A DNA stretch of 64,000 bases from Eledone cirrhosa (Eukaryota): contig OZ024742.1 of assembly GCA_964016885.1 (NCBI GenBank), forward strand, positions 307,644,001 to 307,708,000, given 5' to 3'. The position numbers and the translations under genes are program-made. The notes beneath the pieces are model-generated. The model was given only the letters and a program-made list of their open reading frames with translations. It searched no databases and had not been told where the DNA came from. Positions 61,459-64,000 of the stretch are shown here, one piece after another. Numbering within the stretch: position 1 is the first letter of the stretch; each line of letters begins with the position of its first letter.

Positions 61459-62709
61459 TGATGACAGCCTTGATGACAGCATCAATAATATACCGGCTGT
61501 GACATCGAAGGAGTTCACATTTTATGGAATGGAATTCCATTAGTTCCGACGATGATTATTCTATTCGTTCAGTTAACGGAACAGCCTTCATGAAATTAAT
61601 GGGCTAGTGACTTAGCATTCCGTAGACACGTTTACTACTAAGGCAATTCTCAGAAAATGTGTGTGTACGTGTGTGTGTATTACCAGGCCAGCCCATTTAA
61701 TTACAGATATAACCCATCTCAAACAGTTCCCGTCAATTTAATTTTATTCACAAGGCTTGTCCGAGATGCCGCGCAGTAGGAGCGAACCGATAGAGAAGCG
61801 AACTTAATGATATAGAGAAGCAAATTTTTTATTTGTTAATTAATGATGTGTCCAGTATATTTCTAATGACAAAATAGATGTTAATGTTTACTGAGGGGTA
61901 AATATTTATTGACCAGAACTATGACGAAATAATTCCCAAATCTGGACCATCAACCTTATTTTTAATGGTGTTTAAGATTTCGTTATGTAATATATCGTTC
62001 CTTTTTAAATGTAATATGGAGTGATATGAATGAGATTTAGATGCTATTTCTTGCAGCTCGAGTGGCTCCAGAAATTTACTTCATGTTTAGTGATATGTCT
62101 AATGTGACAAACGTTCTGTAGTGTGGTTGACATCTTTGATGTTCTGATGTGCTGAAAATGTGGTTGGTATACACTCACTAATGTATAGTAGGTTTCTTAG
62201 TGACACTTCTGCCCGAGGATCAAAGATTATGTTATCTCTAAGTATGTCTATTGAACAGAGGAGCTTTCGTTTAATGTAATATAATTAGAAATTTGAGTGG
62301 TGCAGCTAGATTAGCAAGACTACTAAAACATAGCATATCACGCAGTAGGATCTGGCTATCATAATACTTTTCAGAATATAACAACCAATATTTCACAATA
62401 ACATCCTCGCACCCTACCACATATACACTCCCGCACCACATTGTACTCTACTACCAGCCACACCATGTGTGATATAGATATCTTCTACTGCTAGCCACGC
62501 TGCGTGTGAAACTCGAATACTACTCACACATTGTGTGATACCGATATCCTCTACTAGCAGCTATATCGCGTGTGATATAGATATATAGATATCCTCAAAT
62601 ACCAACCACAACTTGTGTGTCAGCCACATACTTTTGTTTATCAGATTATTGTCTAAGATGCGAATCATTCTCACCCAATAAAATGCTGAAAGAAATGTAA
62701 GAGAAAAAT

Positions 62710-62901
62710 AATTGCTTCTATTTTTGGCACAAGGCCAGCAACTATCCCAGTGCGTGACTGGTACTTTATTTTATCGACCTCGTAAGGATGAAAGTCAAAG
62801 TTAACCTCGGCGGGATTTGAACCCAGGCCGTAAAGGGGCGTAACTCTATGCTGAAAAGCATGGCATCCGACCTTCTGCCGATACTGCCATTCCACCACCC
62901 C
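62710..62901 (-). mobile_element. tRNA-derived SINE
   Basis: Core match, with TSD-like GTAAGAGAAAA(A)TAAT. Confidence 0.88.
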
Positions 62902-62977
62902 TAAGTAAGAGAAAATAATAATAAGAAGAAAAACAACACCAAGAACGGCAATAATAACTTTCTCTAGTATTCAGTTG

Positions 62978-63480
62978 CTAGGTGCAGTCCTGCTCCCAGA
63001 GGCTCAATATATCACGTAAGATGCTAGTAGTGTTGGTGATGGTAGTAATTAGGGCACTCCCTACGAAGTCCCGGATTCCAAGGCAATTCATAAGACACTT
63101 AAGATGTTTAAGGACCATGCCATACGTCCCTATGGCGAGTGGTACGACTTCTGTCTCTACATGACGACCAATTCTAATAGTGGCTGCAAGATCTGCATAC
63201 TCATTAATCTTTTCCATTTCCTTTTCAGCCACATTGTGATCTTGAAGGATTTCAGGCAAGATTCAAGAGGAGTATGTTCGTACCACTAACATTCCATTTC
63301 TATGTTGTATTTTTTGGACAACTCCCAAGGACTCTTTTTACTATAAGGTCATGTCGGATTTTGTTCGTTTTTTTTTTATTTTTTGCTACTTACTCACATC
63401 CACTTGCAATATGTGCCACAGATTAGTCTGTTTTATGGTATCCTCTGCAGAGTGGAGAGAAATTTAGTCCATCGATGTTA
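62978..63480 (-). pseudogene. Decayed 3' fragment of an R4-type element (REL domain)
   Basis: EKEMEKINEYADL...EVVPLAIGTYG...ILRDILSL parallels the C-termini of elements A and B. The upstream minus strand resembles the C..C...H / RHD motifs. An AAT-rich tract lies at the 3' side. Confidence 0.7.
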
Positions 63481-63587
63481 GCTTTCACCCAATTGGGCCT
63501 GAGTCCCTGGTCTTGTGCGGCAGTAATAATAGCCCCTGTGCTCTTTTTAACCCAACCTGATCTAAGGCAAAACCAAGAACTAGGATC

Positions 63588-63621
<34 letters not shown>

Positions 63622-63635
63622 GCAGCAGCAGCAGC

Positions 63636-63710
<75 letters not shown>

Positions 63711-63738
63711 AATAATAATAATAATAATAATAATGATG

Positions 63739-63948
63739 ATGATGATTTCTAGTATAGACCAGTAATTTGGGGGAGGGTAAAGTCGATTAAATCGACCCTA
63801 GTTCGTGACTGGTACTTTATTTGATGGACCCCGTAAGGATGAAAGGCAAAGTTAACGGCGGTATTTGTACTCAGATCATAAAAGGCCGTAACTCTATGCT
63901 GCAAAGCAAGGTGTTCGACGCTCTACCGTTTCTGCCAATCCTCCACCC
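63739..63948 (-). mobile_element. tRNA-derived SINE in (CAA)/(TAA) microsatellite
   Basis: Core GTACTTTATT..GACCCCGTAAGGATGAAAGGCAAAGTTAAC, flanked by (TAA)n. Confidence 0.85.
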
Positions 63949-63982
<34 letters not shown>

Positions 63983-64000
63983 CAGGACGATACCAGGACT

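Noticed and set aside
54121-63948. tRNA genes from A/B boxes
   Set aside because: The boxes belong to SINE heads, the spacing is extended, and there is no cloverleaf.

Overview
Eukaryotic, AT-rich, microsatellite-dense, repeat-dominated DNA with no recognisable host gene. The SINE families suggest a mollusc, probably an octopus (inference). The core, ~9.6-39.1 kb, is a ~30 kb array of non-LTR retrotransposons strung along (TTA)n tracts. Two divergent R4/Dong-type elements (RT + REL endonuclease) lie on the minus strand. Three full-length and one deleted L1/Tx1-type elements (ORF1 zinc knuckle; APE-RT ORF2) lie head-to-tail on the plus strand, and carry different 5'UTR/ORF1 modules on near-identical ORF2s. 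Both R4 elements are preceded by a homologous 5' leader that shares a +28 motif with the Tx1 leaders. The flanks hold two Penelope-like elements (RT + GIY-YIG) and many ORF-less micro-elements next to (TA)n that carry hand-folded hammerhead ribozyme cores, often as fold-back palindromes. Also present are about nine tRNA-derived SINE copies whose 3' end matches the Tx1 3' end, a non-autonomous Helitron and simple repeats. All folds and alignments were done by eye, and coordinates are approximate to a few bases.
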